Positions 11,291 through 24,630 of a stretch of DNA of 40,898 nucleotides are shown piece by piece. Below the pieces are notes generated by a model. The model did no database searches. It worked only from the letters and a program-made list of their open reading frames with translations, and was not told the DNA's origin. Positions within the stretch are counted from its first letter, which is position 1. Every line of letters begins with the position of its first letter. Origin of the DNA: Octopus bimaculoides (Eukaryota); the NCBI RefSeq assembly GCF_001194135.2, contig NC_068990.1, positions 18,395,228 through 18,436,125 of the forward strand, read 5' to 3'. Made by a program: the position numbers and the translations under genes.

Positions 11291-11400
11291 CCGTAAGTCC
11301 TCGAGTATAATCCGCACTTTTTTCCCAAAATTTAAAGGTCAAAATTTCTAGTGCGTAGTATATACGAGGTCAAAAATGAAAAATATTTTCTAAGCAAAAT
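11291..11400 (+). mobile_element. Tc2/pogo-like DNA transposon terminus
   Basis: TA then CCGTAAGTCCTCGAGTATAATCCGCAC, resembling Tc2-type CCGTA..CTCGAGTATAA ends. An internal inverted sub-terminal copy GTGCGTAGTATATACGAGG lies at about 11351-11369. Confidence 0.5.
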
Positions 11401-11526
11401 TTTCTAAGTGATAAATATGTAAAGGCAATTTACTTAATAAGTCAGAAGAGAGCAACAATATTAAATTCAGTCGTTCACCAAAAGTTAATCACAAAAGAAC
11501 GGTTATTTGAAATGTGATAATATTGG

Positions 11527-11582
11527 GTGTGCCCCTGCATGACCACAGCGTTTAGGCTGAAACGCAAATGAGAATAAAAGAA
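11527..11582 (+). mobile_element. SINE family B 3' tail remnant
   Basis: GTGTGCCCCTGCATGACCACAG...GGCTGAAACGCAAATGAGAATAAAAGAA resembles 9331-9384. Confidence 0.4.
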
Positions 11583-11594
11583 CAGACGAATTCG

Positions 11595-11830
<236 letters not shown>

Positions 11831-12155
11831 ATGGTGGCTGCAACACGATTTCGAGCTATGCCATCGCTTCCTTCGTCTTTTAAAAACAGTATGGATGTGA
11901 CCTCTTTGCTCTGCTAGAAATCTACAGATTTATACAGATGTAACGAGGGATGCCTGTTGTAACAGATGTTAAGGGTATTATACCCCAGTTTCGTCATGTC
12001 GTTATTCCATCGTGAAAATTTTCGGCGACTATTTTTGGCCTTTTACAGCTACGGGTAGCTAAAATATAAAACGCATAATAGCGATATTTTCGCCTGTTTT
12101 CTCTTCATTTCTATATGTAAGTAATAGTGTCTCTTTCCGTATTACTCTCTCTCCA

Positions 12156-12186
<31 letters not shown>

Positions 12187-13894
12187 CTTGCTACTGTTGT
12201 ATTGATGAATAACGTTTGTTTTTTACTTACACGTGGGCTTATTTCTGTTATTCTTAGCTATGGGATTGTTATATTTTCGGTGCGGGTATAACACTTTTAC
12301 ATTATAATTGTTAAATGGTATGCGGTTATTGTTAGTTCTTAAGCAGTTCCGGATTCTCAGGTGACTAACCAAAGTATATTTAAACTTACTTAAGTACACA
12401 GCTTAGGTTATTTTTTTCCCGCTGAAAATAACTTGGTGGCGGGGGGTGAAATTTGAGTTCCATAACTGAGTAGATATCTATTCAGAAAGACATTAAACGT
12501 ATTTAAAAATAGAACAATTTCCATCGCAAAAGTACTCCTATACAAATTCTTGTCGAATTCGTAGTTACATGGAATAAAATATATCAATAAAAGCAATTAT
12601 GTAAGCATTAAAGTATATTTGACCCTAGCAGCGGGGATTTTTAACAATGTGCATATTTAACAATGGATTCATTTAAGTTAAAATGACATTGATTTGTAGG
12701 AAGTATTGTTCTTGATATTACGTCTTTTACTGGATTTAGAAGGTTATATAGGTTTAATATTTGAATGTGGGTACGAATGAATTAAGGAGAAGAACAGAAA
12801 GATTGATGGCATGCATTGTTTAAATGCTATGGTATCTTCTAGTGCACGTAGCGAATCAATGGTTGGTAGTCAAAGATTAAAATATAGCTCGAGATCAAAA
12901 TAGGACTAACTGTATGAATTTATCAGTTAGCAAGAAAGAAAAGGAGCAAACAAATAAATTAGCAAACTAACGAAAAAAAAAAAAGCTTTAAGGAAGAATA
13001 TGAATGCTGAAACGTATTTACATTCCTGAAGATGGAAAACTGCACCAGGTTTCAAAACTCATATGAATCTGCTAATGTGTTTAGCGCTTCAGGGCACCAA
13101 GTTTAGAGAAACATGATGTTTATCACAGTGTGACACGAACACTTAGAGGAGATTATACTAAATCTATATATGACGAGTTATCACTTAAGTTCTAAACAAA
13201 ACGAGCTTCATTCAACAAATGGATCAGAGAGCCGTTGCTGTATTGAACACGTCGTTTTACGCTGTAGATGATAGATTAAGTAGATAAAACGGTAAACTAA
13301 GTGTAGATATAAAGGATTTCTACCTAGAAACGACAACATGTAGTATACTGAAAATTTGAAAGACGTTGGCAAAATCCGCCGAAAAATCCCATTGATTCTT
13401 ATCTGAAATAAAATCTGCCCTGAGTTCTTTACTTGTTTTCTGGAATTTAAAAGTCTAATACAAAGTCGTCATCAAGGGAATGTTGAGCTAGTATAACTCA
13501 CATAGGCGAAAACAGAATAATAATACACACGCACAAAAGAATACTAACAACTGTAAAAACAATAGAAAACTTTTATTTCAAAGTATAAATATATTTTAAT
13601 GATTTTGAACATTTTGTTCATAAATATACACAAAATAAACGAACAAACACATAGAAAGGTGTTTAATATCGGAAATACAGTCAATCATTGTTAAGGAATT
13701 TGGTGATATTGTAATGACTGGTAAAATATTATTGAAACTCAAATCTTGTGTATATCATTGAACCTTAGTAAGAATGTGTTTAAATTATGTCATTTCAATT
13801 GATGTCGTTACGCTTGATGTCGTTATACCAATGTGCATATAATTCATTAATATATATGCATGCATAGACTTCTAATATACGTGTATATATATAC

Positions 13895-13936
<42 letters not shown>

Positions 13937-14092
13937 TTATGTATGTATACATACTATATGACCTACTTTGGACTCCTTATTCGCATAATCACCGAACCTG
14001 GAGCTTAACTGTGGTCTATCCATAGCATTTACTCAACGTTACCTGACACCTTTGGGTCTTACTGACAGCATTGACTCTCATAACCTCCATTG

Positions 14093-14126
<34 letters not shown>

Positions 14127-15431
14127 TTGTATATATATGTATGTATGCATAAATATGTATGCATCTATGTTATTATACGTATATATGTGTGTGTGCATGA
14201 ATGTGTGTCTGCGTGTGTGTGGGTGTGTGTAACTCCATTACAAACAAGCTTGTTAATGATACATTGTATCTATCAAATAAGGGGCACGTTGCTTAATCAT
14301 TACGTTTAGAATTTGGAATATACATTTTTTGTACATTATTTTAAAATTATGCATTGTTGCTTGAAAGATCAATAACAGATATATTAGTTCTTTTCAACAG
14401 ACAATGGTGTTCCGCTTTATGCATTGAAATGTGAACATTTTAAAAAATATGCATATACATACATACATACGCATATAAATTTTATTTCTCTCACTGTGTA
14501 CGTATGTGTGTGTATATATATATAATTGCTGGGTGAGATAAATGACAGTTTTCGTCACTAGAATACTGGGAACACTAGTCTATAAGCTTATGGTTCATAA
14601 TTTTAACTCAACTTTAGTCGGTGCTGCGTAGGGAACTTTAAGTAATGGTCAATTAGTAAATCGAGCATCGATATTTTTATGAAATTCTAAGAGGAGATCA
14701 ATAACCAATGACTACTTTTGATCACGAAACGACCAACATCTTTTCTAAAGACACAGCTACCGTTCATTACATATACATAATAACAGTTCTGCGAGCTGAT
14801 ATGCGCATACACTAGACAACACGAAATTGAAGGCTGTAAGTATTGGCAACTTTTCACTCACTGACATTCTTCAATGAATAATACACATAAACGGTTTGTA
14901 TTTTCACGCATCAGCCATGACATATGCTAGTCCTCAGAAGGTTATTTTCTGACCTTGGTAATATATGATTATCCCCATCGTCTAAGCCTCTTCATCATAC
15001 TAGTAAATCCTCCTCACTTAATGGCTAGTGCATGTTACTTCGTAAATAAGACTAAAATGTAAGCACTTCGCGTCATCCTTACTCCTTTGAAATTGCAATT
15101 CAGTTCTGGTTTAACCAATCATATTTACCCAACATGGTTGGGATAATATAAAATGGTGGATGCCTAACTTTTCAACTCCATGTACTCATAAAGACCCACG
15201 CAAACGTATTTTTTAAAATATATAATTACGTTATAATTGAAGGTATCTACGAAACTACAAGGAAGACAAATTGCACTAGTAATATGCAAAAGTATTTTAG
15301 AATAGGAAAGAAAGAGTGAACAATGTAATCCTAGATACTCATGCGTGGATGATCTTGGTACAGATATTCTCAGTCACAGGTTTTTACAAAACAATGGGTA
15401 CAAAAGGAAAGCGCTTAACATGAGGTATTAT

Positions 15432-15975
15432 TTAAAATTCGATATGGGCTTCAGATGTCGCTACCCGCTTCTTCAGTCACCTAGGAATTGCGTCAACTGA
15501 TTTCATCAAGGAATCTTGTGAGATGGAAGACATAACTCCCCGTATTAGCCCTTCAAGTTCTACCAAAGTCTTTGGCTTAGTACAGTAAGATTTGTTCCTT
15601 TAACTAGCCCCAAAGAAAGAAATCATAGGGTGTTAAGTCAGGACTACTGGTTGGCTACTCATGTGGACCACAATGACCGATCCATCTCCCAGGAAAGTGA
15701 ACATTCAGTCATTCACCAACGACAAGAGTTAAATGTAGAGGGGAACTATTTGGCATGAAAATCAAATCTTCACTATTCTCCCAAGTACTGATAACTGGCC
15801 AGATCTAATCTTGCTGCATAGTGACGTACCAGAGTGACACACACATATATATATAACACAATAAGCTTCTGTCTTTAGTTCCCTGTTAAGCATCAGTCAT
15901 TCACTCTGTATCGCATAAGGATGTTGTGAAGAAATGCATGCAGTTTAAATGTAAGAGTGTGACCAAAGAATATTA
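15432..15975 (-). pseudogene. Tc1/mariner DD41D (rosa-type) transposase remnant
   Basis: Minus strand reads DLIFMPNSSPLHLTLVVGE*LNVHFPGRWIGHCGPHE*PTSSPDLTPYDFFLWG*LKEQ, then after a frameshift YCTKPKTLVELEGLIRGVMSSISQDSLMKSVDAIPR*LKKRVATSEAHIEF*. There are 41 residues between the degenerate QDG position and the D of DFF. A weak ILWS..TFKL first-D region lies near 15935-15975. Confidence 0.8.
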
Positions 15976-16938
15976 AATCAGACTTTAAAGAATACGATGG
16001 TTCATAAACCTTTCTCATTCAAAATAATATACCACAATGCATTTGTAGCGCCTGTACGAATAAGATAGATGTCTTTGGATATTTGTCTGGTCGATTGAGA
16101 AAATACATTCTATCTATTGGTATTAAAAATATGCCATGTCCTGAAATTAAATGGATGCTTTGACAAAAAGGAATTATATTGATAAGCTCAACCTCAGTTG
16201 AAACTACGAAATAATGTTACAGTTAATTTAGTAATATTTTGAGTGAGTTATGTTATCACCCAGTTAGTATTTGCGAAACAAAAGGCTGTAGAAATTGTAC
16301 CATAATCCTGTTCTTCAAAAGACCAGCGTCCTACCATATCGTTGAACTCTTTAAGAAATATACAGGGGTAGGCAAACGTTGTTGTTTCATATGAGTGGAA
16401 TGTTCTTTTCATTCTTATTCTAAAAAAGAAATAGAGATATGAAAAGAACATAACACATATTTAGCAACTGTATAACTACTTTTGCCCGTACCTATATATT
16501 TCCTAAAGTTCTCGGAAGCAACCGAATCGCCTCAGAGAAAACTTGATGGAAAGTAACCTGCATATACTAATGTTATGCACAGGTATGTTTCGTAACACTT
16601 GAAATAAATCAAAATGCATAGATTCCAGACAGGTGCACGTGATTGAACGTTCACCGTCTGTCTTTTCTGATCTTCATTCAGTTTTATATTTCCAACTTTT
16701 TTCTCCTTGTTTATTCCATTGCTCAACCATCTCACTCTACATTTTCCCGTACGTGTTTAGCAGAGTGCTATCCAAGTATACCATTTTTGCCTGAAATAAA
16801 GTGAAATAACCAAATATGACTTTGCTAAACCACTTCATTTCCTGCTTTTGACAGTTGATGGAAATGTCTCTTTCTTCACAATGTCTTCCGTAATAGCCTA
16901 CCAAGTTCCACGTTATGCATCTAGAATGGAAGAGGGAT

Positions 16939-16942
<4 letters not shown>

Positions 16943-16998
<56 letters not shown>
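16943..16998. repeat. (AG)n microsatellite
   Basis: Direct reading. Confidence 0.97.
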
Positions 16999-17004
<6 letters not shown>

Positions 17005-17524
17005 AAAGAAAGACAGAGCAAAGGAAAAATTTAGACAGAGGGAGAGAGAGAGGGAGAGTGCGCGCGTTAGAGGGAGAGACTCGATTGTCGTAATTAATAA
17101 GTTATTTTAACTATTGAAGCTGTTAGCATAAAATATGTTAACCTTGGCGGTATTTGGAAAGATGCACTAAGGCATGATATTCGATGCTTTATGGTATCTG
17201 CCAATTCGTCGCATTTCTCATTCTAAAGAATAACATATTTTGAACGTTATCATCTTGCAGTCTCCGAACAAGTTAATTTAATAAGACACCTGTTGACCCA
17301 ATGGGACGTGGAGACTGTTATTGCACAGCCGTTCGTTTCATATAGCTATGACCAACATTGTGCAAAAATACCAGCAGTCTATAAGAAATTTCAGTGTCGC
17401 ATTCACAAGGTGCCTGGATTAGCTCTAACATGGAATCTTGGCCAAAGCCATTGAACTATAGACCCACGACGGACAATGCATTTTAAGGGAATTTGGAAGG
17501 TGGAATATGTGTAGAATTCCGCCA

Positions 17525-17533
17525 TATATATAC

Positions 17534-17590
<57 letters not shown>
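17525..17590. repeat. (AT)n microsatellite
   Basis: Direct reading. Confidence 0.95.
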
Positions 17591-17592
<2 letters not shown>

Positions 17593-17970
17593 TGACAAAA
17601 CCAGTTTCTTTCCAATGAAGTAATGGTCTCATTCATCAATTAAAGGAGTCGTTAGAAACGGCCGTAATGAACTAACGCCTGTACCTCCTTCTTACTCAGT
17701 TATATTTTATTCACCTATACTGGAATCTACGCCGTATAATTATTATAGGCAGTACTTATAAGATAAAGTATACGTTGCAATAGCTAAGTGCAGATTTCTT
17801 CACTCAGCTGGGTCTTATTATCTGCAGACAGTGAGAATATCATGTGGCTGGACTTATGCACCAAGTCTGATATTCACTTAACATTATTGAGTATGCATGT
17901 TATTCAAACCTAACAGGGTCCCTCAATTTATGTATCTAATTCTATTGAATCTTAATTGTATTTTATATGC

Positions 17971-18010
<40 letters not shown>

Positions 18011-18338
18011 NNNNNNNNNNNNNNNNNNNNNNNNNNNNNNNNNNNNNNNNNNNNNNNNNNNNNNNNNNNNNNNNNNNNNNNNNNNNNNNNNNNNNNNNNN
18101 NNNNNNNNNNNNNNNNNNNNNNNNNNNNNNNNNNNNNNNNNNNNNNNNNNNNNNNNNNNNNNNNNNNNNNNNNNNNNNNNNNNNNNNNNNNNNNNNNNNN
18201 NNNNNNNNNNNNNNNNNNNNNNNNNNNNNNNNNNNNNNNNNNNNNNNNNNNNNNNNNNNNNNNNNNNNNNNNNNNNNNNNNNNNNNNNNNNNNNNNNNNN
18301 NNNNNNNNNNNNNNNNNNNNNNNNNNNNNNNNNNNNNN
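18011..18338. other. Assembly gap (328 N) between (AT)n and (GT)n
   Basis: N run. Confidence 1.
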
Positions 18339-18418
<80 letters not shown>

Positions 18419-19326
18419 CTTGCTTCTGGTTAATATATAAGTGCCGAAACTTTATATCTTTTTTATATGAATAATATCCTGCGTTCAACTTTCGGGTGAA
18501 CCTATAGCAAAATTCTCTGGGAATAATCATGAACGTCCCAAATTACCTTTCCACAGTTTTTTTTTTATATAAAGGAAATGGAATACTTGTTGGTGTATAT
18601 AGTCGATCATAGAATAGTAAATTAATTGATTGATTATACGCCGCAGTAATGTTTGAAATAAATCAATACTGAAATAATTTCGTACCTATGTATTTAGAAT
18701 ATAAATATTTACTTATCTTTTAGTGTTTTTACTTTCCCCACTCATTATTGTAAGGTCTATCCTTCACCATCGGCTTTGGTCGGATAGTTCGACGGATTTC
18801 TCTATATTTTTTGTGTAATAACAACGATTACCGATTCATAACCGTTTGCCCTGTTACAAAATGATGTAAAGCATTTTACTACTTAGAAACAAAAGGACAC
18901 GAAACGGGAGGTTATGAGCTGAAAATCGATCAGGAGTTAGTTTTAGTCTAGGCACTAAACATTCTCTCATATTTATTGTATATAAATATGTAGAAATGTA
19001 CTTATTTATACACTTTTATATGACTCGATTTCTGATCGCTTTTGTTTGTTTCTTCTTCCTTTATGAATGCCGATAGTGTGATGTAATTACATAGAACAAA
19101 CACTTAGAATAGTCGAGGTTTGTTATTTTTATTACGAACAAATTGTTTATTTAAGCAAGGAACATAAATGGGAAAAGAAAACTACAATATAACAATCAAA
19201 CATTTGATCAAACTCTCCATTGATTATCATTTCTATAAGTATATATAAGATCAATATCGTTTTCTATATGCATATATGACGCATACACACATACACACGA
19301 AAAGCGATATATATATACATATAAAT

Positions 19327-19736
19327 NNNNNNNNNNNNNNNNNNNNNNNNNNNNNNNNNNNNNNNNNNNNNNNNNNNNNNNNNNNNNNNNNNNNNNNNNN
19401 NNNNNNNNNNNNNNNNNNNNNNNNNNNNNNNNNNNNNNNNNNNNNNNNNNNNNNNNNNNNNNNNNNNNNNNNNNNNNNNNNNNNNNNNNNNNNNNNNNNN
19501 NNNNNNNNNNNNNNNNNNNNNNNNNNNNNNNNNNNNNNNNNNNNNNNNNNNNNNNNNNNNNNNNNNNNNNNNNNNNNNNNNNNNNNNNNNNNNNNNNNNN
19601 NNNNNNNNNNNNNNNNNNNNNNNNNNNNNNNNNNNNNNNNNNNNNNNNNNNNNNNNNNNNNNNNNNNNNNNNNNNNNNNNNNNNNNNNNNNNNNNNNNNN
19701 NNNNNNNNNNNNNNNNNNNNNNNNNNNNNNNNNNNN
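19327..19736. other. Assembly gap (410 N)
   Basis: N run. Confidence 1.
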
Positions 19737-19812
19737 ATATATATATATATATATATATATACAGACATATATATATATGTGTATTTGTGTCTCTATGAGT
19801 GTATCAATAATC

Positions 19813-19950
19813 GTCCTTAGTGGTGACACAATTTAACTCATGATCGAAGGACATGGGTTCGATTTCCGTATAGGTCAAAGGGTTTTGTTAACGAGCAGAG
19901 CGATCCTTTCATATGTTTGTTGTTCACTGAGAAGAAAATGAGCTACATCC
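19813..19950 (+). mobile_element. Diverged tRNA-derived SINE head (third family)
   Basis: A-box-like CTTAGTGGT and B-box GGGTTCGATTTCC (19855-19867) at tRNA-like spacing, followed by a CORE-like TTGTTAACGAGCA segment. No acceptor stem. Confidence 0.5.
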
Positions 19951-20074
19951 ACTGCTAATTGGCGCATCAGACGTATATATGTTACAAACGCAAAATGTCC
20001 AGAGCTGTGATGGTTTCGGCACACACACGTGCACACATACATCCATACGAGACCATGCACATATGCACATATAA

Positions 20075-20075
<1 letters not shown>

Positions 20076-20139
<64 letters not shown>

Positions 20140-20365
20140 CTATATAGATATGTGTGTGTGTGTGTGTGTGTTTGCAAGTGTGTGTGTTTGTGTATATGCA
20201 TACGCACACATATATATATACATATATATAGAAATATATATATATGTATGTATGTATATAAATCTATATGTATACATATATATACACACACATATATATA
20301 TATACACGTATATATATGTATATATATATATATATATACATGCACATATGCATATATACATATAT
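20076..20365. repeat. Compound (ATCT)n-(GT)n-(AT/AC)n simple repeat
   Basis: Direct reading. Confidence 0.93.
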
Positions 20366-21582
20366 TACGGGGTTACCCGTATGCGGACGGTTTTTTTGGA
20401 ATAAACTTATATTCAGTGAACGAGATGAATTTTGTGATTTGAACAACAGACCAAGAATTGCTAAGCACTCATATAAGTGGCTGGGAGAGAGAGTGTACGA
20501 ACGACTCGTTAATATCCTTGTACGCACTTCAAGTATCAAGCAAATTCTGATATATTTTAGAGAAAATAATATTTCAGATACATTTGTTTTGCCAAAACCC
20601 ATCGATTGCCAAAAACAAGACAATTAAGAAAACGCACACACACACCCATACAGGCGTTTATGTATTTGCTATGATGGATGGACAAATAAAACATCATTTC
20701 TTGTTTTTCATTGGAGTTCGGGTATGGAGTGTATTGTAATTACTCATACAACGACAATTTGGTGAACAAACAGCTCTCCGACGGATTAAGTCATATATAG
20801 AGACCACACTGTACGTGCATATGCACATATGCGCATACATATATGCCGAGATAAACAGATACATGCAATAATGCACCAAAAAATGCGAATACTAATAATC
20901 AAATAGATATCAATCTTTCTATCATCACACATAGCGCCTTGCCTCGATGGCTAACTCACTCTTATCAGTAAACAAATAACTATATACGCATAACAAACTT
21001 ATTTGAAATAGAATGTTGGTGTTTTCAAAGATGCTAGCGATGTGACAATAATGTTATTATATATATATACTTTACCTTGTCCCTCGACGCTCACTCATCT
21101 GGGCAAAAATCCTTAAAATCTATTACATGCTTAAAGACAGGGAACAAAGTCGTGCAAATTAGCGATAACGCCAAGGATTTTACATATATTAAGCCTAATA
21201 ATGGCACCTTTTCATAAATACATCCGATGATTAAATCTTTTCTGTTATATTCACTTTCACTTCCGTCTGTTCTATGTATGATTCGTGCAGGCACAATTAA
21301 ACTCCGAAAATGACCAAATTCATGTTTTTAATACTTGTGTGTGTTTATTGAAAGATGTCTTTCATTTGAATAAAAGCTACGCTGCACACTTGTTTTTGCG
21401 AATATTTTAAGGGAGCTTTCACGATCCTATATTGCACTCATAGCTATGTGCATCTATATTTTAATATTAACAGGTTTTCATATGTGTGTACACATAGACA
21501 AGTGTACGGGTTAATATAGCTGTATGTACACAGACAAATGACATGAATAAAAACGGACTAGTGTATTACATGTTTGTAGCTA

Positions 21583-21720
21583 TGTGTGTGTGTGTGCGTG
21601 CGTGTCTGTGTGCGTGCGTGTGTGTGCGTACGTATGTGTGCGTGCGTGTGTGTGCGTGCGTGTGTGTGCCTGCGTGTGTCTCTAGGCACACATACATATA
21701 TATACACACACAGACACACA
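21583..21720. repeat. (GT)/(GTGC) simple repeat followed by (AC)/(AT)
   Basis: Direct reading. Confidence 0.9.
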
Positions 21721-22004
21721 TAAAAACATGTTTATGTGTATGTGTATAGTATAAATATGGACATGTCAGGGGCGTTTGCAAATTTAAAACATACTGTATG
21801 CTAAATATCTTTGTTGAAACATGTTTTGGCACGTTTTCTTGTACACATATGATGAGATTTGCTATATGCCTCACACATCCGGAAACAATATAAGCGGTGT
21901 GGACGTCAGTAGCATTTCAACGGTAGCGCTGAGAGCCGCAATAAATTTTCTCGCACTTTTTATACGTTCACTGAGAACTCACTTTCTCCGTTGTACAGAT
22001 ACAT

Positions 22005-22382
22005 GTCCCACTGCATGGAGCCTTGAACAAGTGTCTTCTACTATAACATGAGGCCAACCAATGCCATATGCCATATGAGTAATTTTTGTAGACGGAAACT
22101 GAGGAAATTTATCTATCAGACATACATACATACGCTCACACGAGTGCGCACGCACACGCGAGAGCGCGCACACACGCACATATCTATTGTTGTAGATGCG
22201 TGTGCGTGTAGCTTTGTGTCCTCTTTCTATCCCACAATTTCTTGACAACCTGTGTTGGCTTGTTTATGTCCCTATAAACTAGAAGATATCGATAGTATAT
22301 GCTGCACATGGCTAATTCGTTCGGCTATCCCCTTTAAGGAGGTGCCCCCAGTACGACCCTGTCCAATAATCGAGACAAGTAA
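22005..22382 (+). mobile_element. SINE family B, near full-length old copy with internal simple repeat
   Basis: 5' part CCTTGAACAAGTGTCTTCTACTATA...TTTGTAGACGGAAACTGA matches the reverse of 10003-10144. 3' part CTTGACAACCTGTGTTGGCTTGTTTATGTCCCTATAAACT and AAGGAGGTGCCCCCAGTACG...GAGACAAGTAA matches 9200-9384. A CA/CG-rich repeat lies between them. Confidence 0.65.
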
Positions 22383-24038
22383 GTTATACGTGCGTGCGTG
22401 TATGAATATACATACGTGCATATGTGTATGAACGTATGTAGGTATGGACGTATGCAAAGTATGTCTGTACCTCTTTCACTTTCTCTCTCTGTCTCTCTCT
22501 CTCCTTCTCTCTCCATATATGTATATATATATAATCGTGTTGCTTCGTATATGAAAAGTAGTACATGGAAGCTGTTTCCAACGACATCGATCCATTGAAT
22601 GGTGAGCAAGACATAACATAATTAAGATTCTCGTTGATAGCTGTCAGTCTAATTAGACTTCTCTGGATAAATATACCATTATCGTTGGTTTGGCACAGTG
22701 CACATTAGATGCTCTCCTAAACATTCTATTAAGATAATTATTTGTACAAAAATGGTCGAAGACAGGTGTGATGAAAACAGTAAACGAGGAGTTTAGATAT
22801 AATTAAGATTGATGTTAATGTGTAATAATGATTTTGTTTAGCATGTTGCACTCGATACTTTTTTCTAAACGAAATGGTATAGCTAAAGTGAGATGAACGT
22901 GCCAGTAATTGAGAAAGTCTTTTGGCAGCCGAAGATGGTTAACAATCACAACAGAAACATATGTGAATATAAAAGACGTGATGACTACCCATAGTTCAAA
23001 AGAAGTTGTCACTTTTCTAGCAGGTTAATACCGGAATAATACATTTTCATATGCTTCAAGGAAGAATATTGAACAATGCATGATGCATATGGAATACAAG
23101 ACAGAACAAATGAAAAAGACAGTGTATGGGAGACACAGAGAACGAGAGACATAAAGCTAGAAAAAGAGAGATAATGGGAGAGGGTGATAGAGGAAGGGGG
23201 AAGGGAGACAGAATGAAACACAACCAAGAGGGCTGATAATAATGTAACAAAGAAACGAAAATTTAAGTTTAATGTGTCAAGAATAAAAGCTGCCTATTGT
23301 GCACGTACGCACATACATACACACAAGCACACAAACTCTTGTCTCACACATAAACATAGGTATATTCTCTCGCTCGCGTGTGTGTGCTTTATATTTATTA
23401 GACCCAAATATTGTAATTATTTATTATAAAGTTCATCGCTAAATATGCAATTTACAGTTGGCTTTTCAAGAACAACAAAAATTCTTAGAAACGTCTATGT
23501 TGCTATTAACATGTGATCACCTTTAGGAATGAGGAAATGAAAATACCAGAGATATATATGGTAATAAAAGTGCAATATATGAAACCAGTTCGATATTTAA
23601 TAGCATATGTGAATTCAGAAAAGGCAATATCAACTCTGTATTACTTAGATATACCACAGTATAATTAATGTATATATATATATATATATATATAAATTAA
23701 TGTATATATATACGTATATATGTTTACATATATATAATTTATTTTCTTGAGATAAAATGTTCTCTCTGTATAGGTCACATGGAAGTGCTCAGTATATTTG
23801 GGCCATGGGAAAATAAGGAAATTAATGATGAGAGACAAAAGATAAGTTACTAAAATATATTCTGTTGTAAAATTATTATCTGCACAAAATTACGTACTAA
23901 AAATATATAGATATACATATAAATACACCTAAAATATATAAAAAAATGCAATAAAATATATAGATATGAATATATAAATATGCTAAGAGTATATTAAGAA
24001 CATACAATATATAGTGCTACTTAAAATATACATACATA

Positions 24039-24091
<53 letters not shown>

Positions 24092-24277
24092 CGTTTTTGG
24101 ATTTGGTTTGCAAGATTTTTAATGTGATTTCGTGTGTTGAAGCATATTCTGTTGTGTCTGGGGAGAGTCATTTTCTTATCGTGCCTTAAAATTTAACACA
24201 CTCACCGTTAAAATTTCCACTTATTATTTTTATTTTCCTAAAATTTTCGTTGCGTCTTGCAACCTTTTCAATGAAAA

Positions 24278-24536
24278 CTCTGGTATTGCACTGCCCCCTA
24301 GTCCTATGTATCCAGATGGTTGTCTGTTTGTGGGCAGATAGAGGAGTGCTTGAAACTTATCAGCACTGAACTGCATGCTATTTACATCAGCCCATTTGTA
24401 TATTGCATGCAGGTCATGTTGCAGTTTTTACAATGTCTTCAGGGTCCTTGATCACTTGAGGCACCTTTGTATCATGGCTGACTACGACTGAGGGCATGTC
24501 TGAGCGAGTCACTACAAACAGTAGTAGTCCCACTGT
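24278..24536 (-). pseudogene. CR1/L2-type LINE reverse transcriptase fragment (domains 4-6)
   Basis: Minus strand reads TVGLLLFVVTRSDMPSVVVSHDTKVPQVIKDPEDIVK, then after a frameshift LQHDLHAIYKWADVNSMQFSADKFQAL. This matches GTVLGPLLF / YADDTK / LQ.DL..I..W...N.M.FN..K; the YAD part is missing. Confidence 0.75.
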
Positions 24537-24560
24537 ATATATATATATATATATATATAT

Positions 24561-24582
24561 NNNNNNNNNNNNNNNNNNNNNN
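24561..24582. other. Assembly gap (22 N) between (AT)n and (GT)n
   Basis: N run. Confidence 1.

Positions 24583-24630
<48 letters not shown>

Noticed and set aside
13026-13058. CTGAAGATG...TTCAAAAC hammerhead-like box
   Set aside because: GAAA box absent (CAAAAC) and no helix II.
17400-17475. Minus-strand GGGTCTATAGTTCAATGG resembling a tRNA 5' half
   Set aside because: No B-box or T-arm and no acceptor-stem partner; at most a decayed SINE head.
18922-19043. Short inverted match AAAATCGATCAG / CTGATCGCTTTT
   Set aside because: 12 bp with a mismatch and no extended arms or TSD.
21091-21294. 67-aa minus-strand ORF
   Set aside because: Length is within chance range and there is no motif.
22815-23012. 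65-aa hydrophobic minus-strand ORF suggestive of a membrane segment
   Set aside because: Hydrophobicity is expected from T-rich DNA, and there is no receptor motif or splice support.
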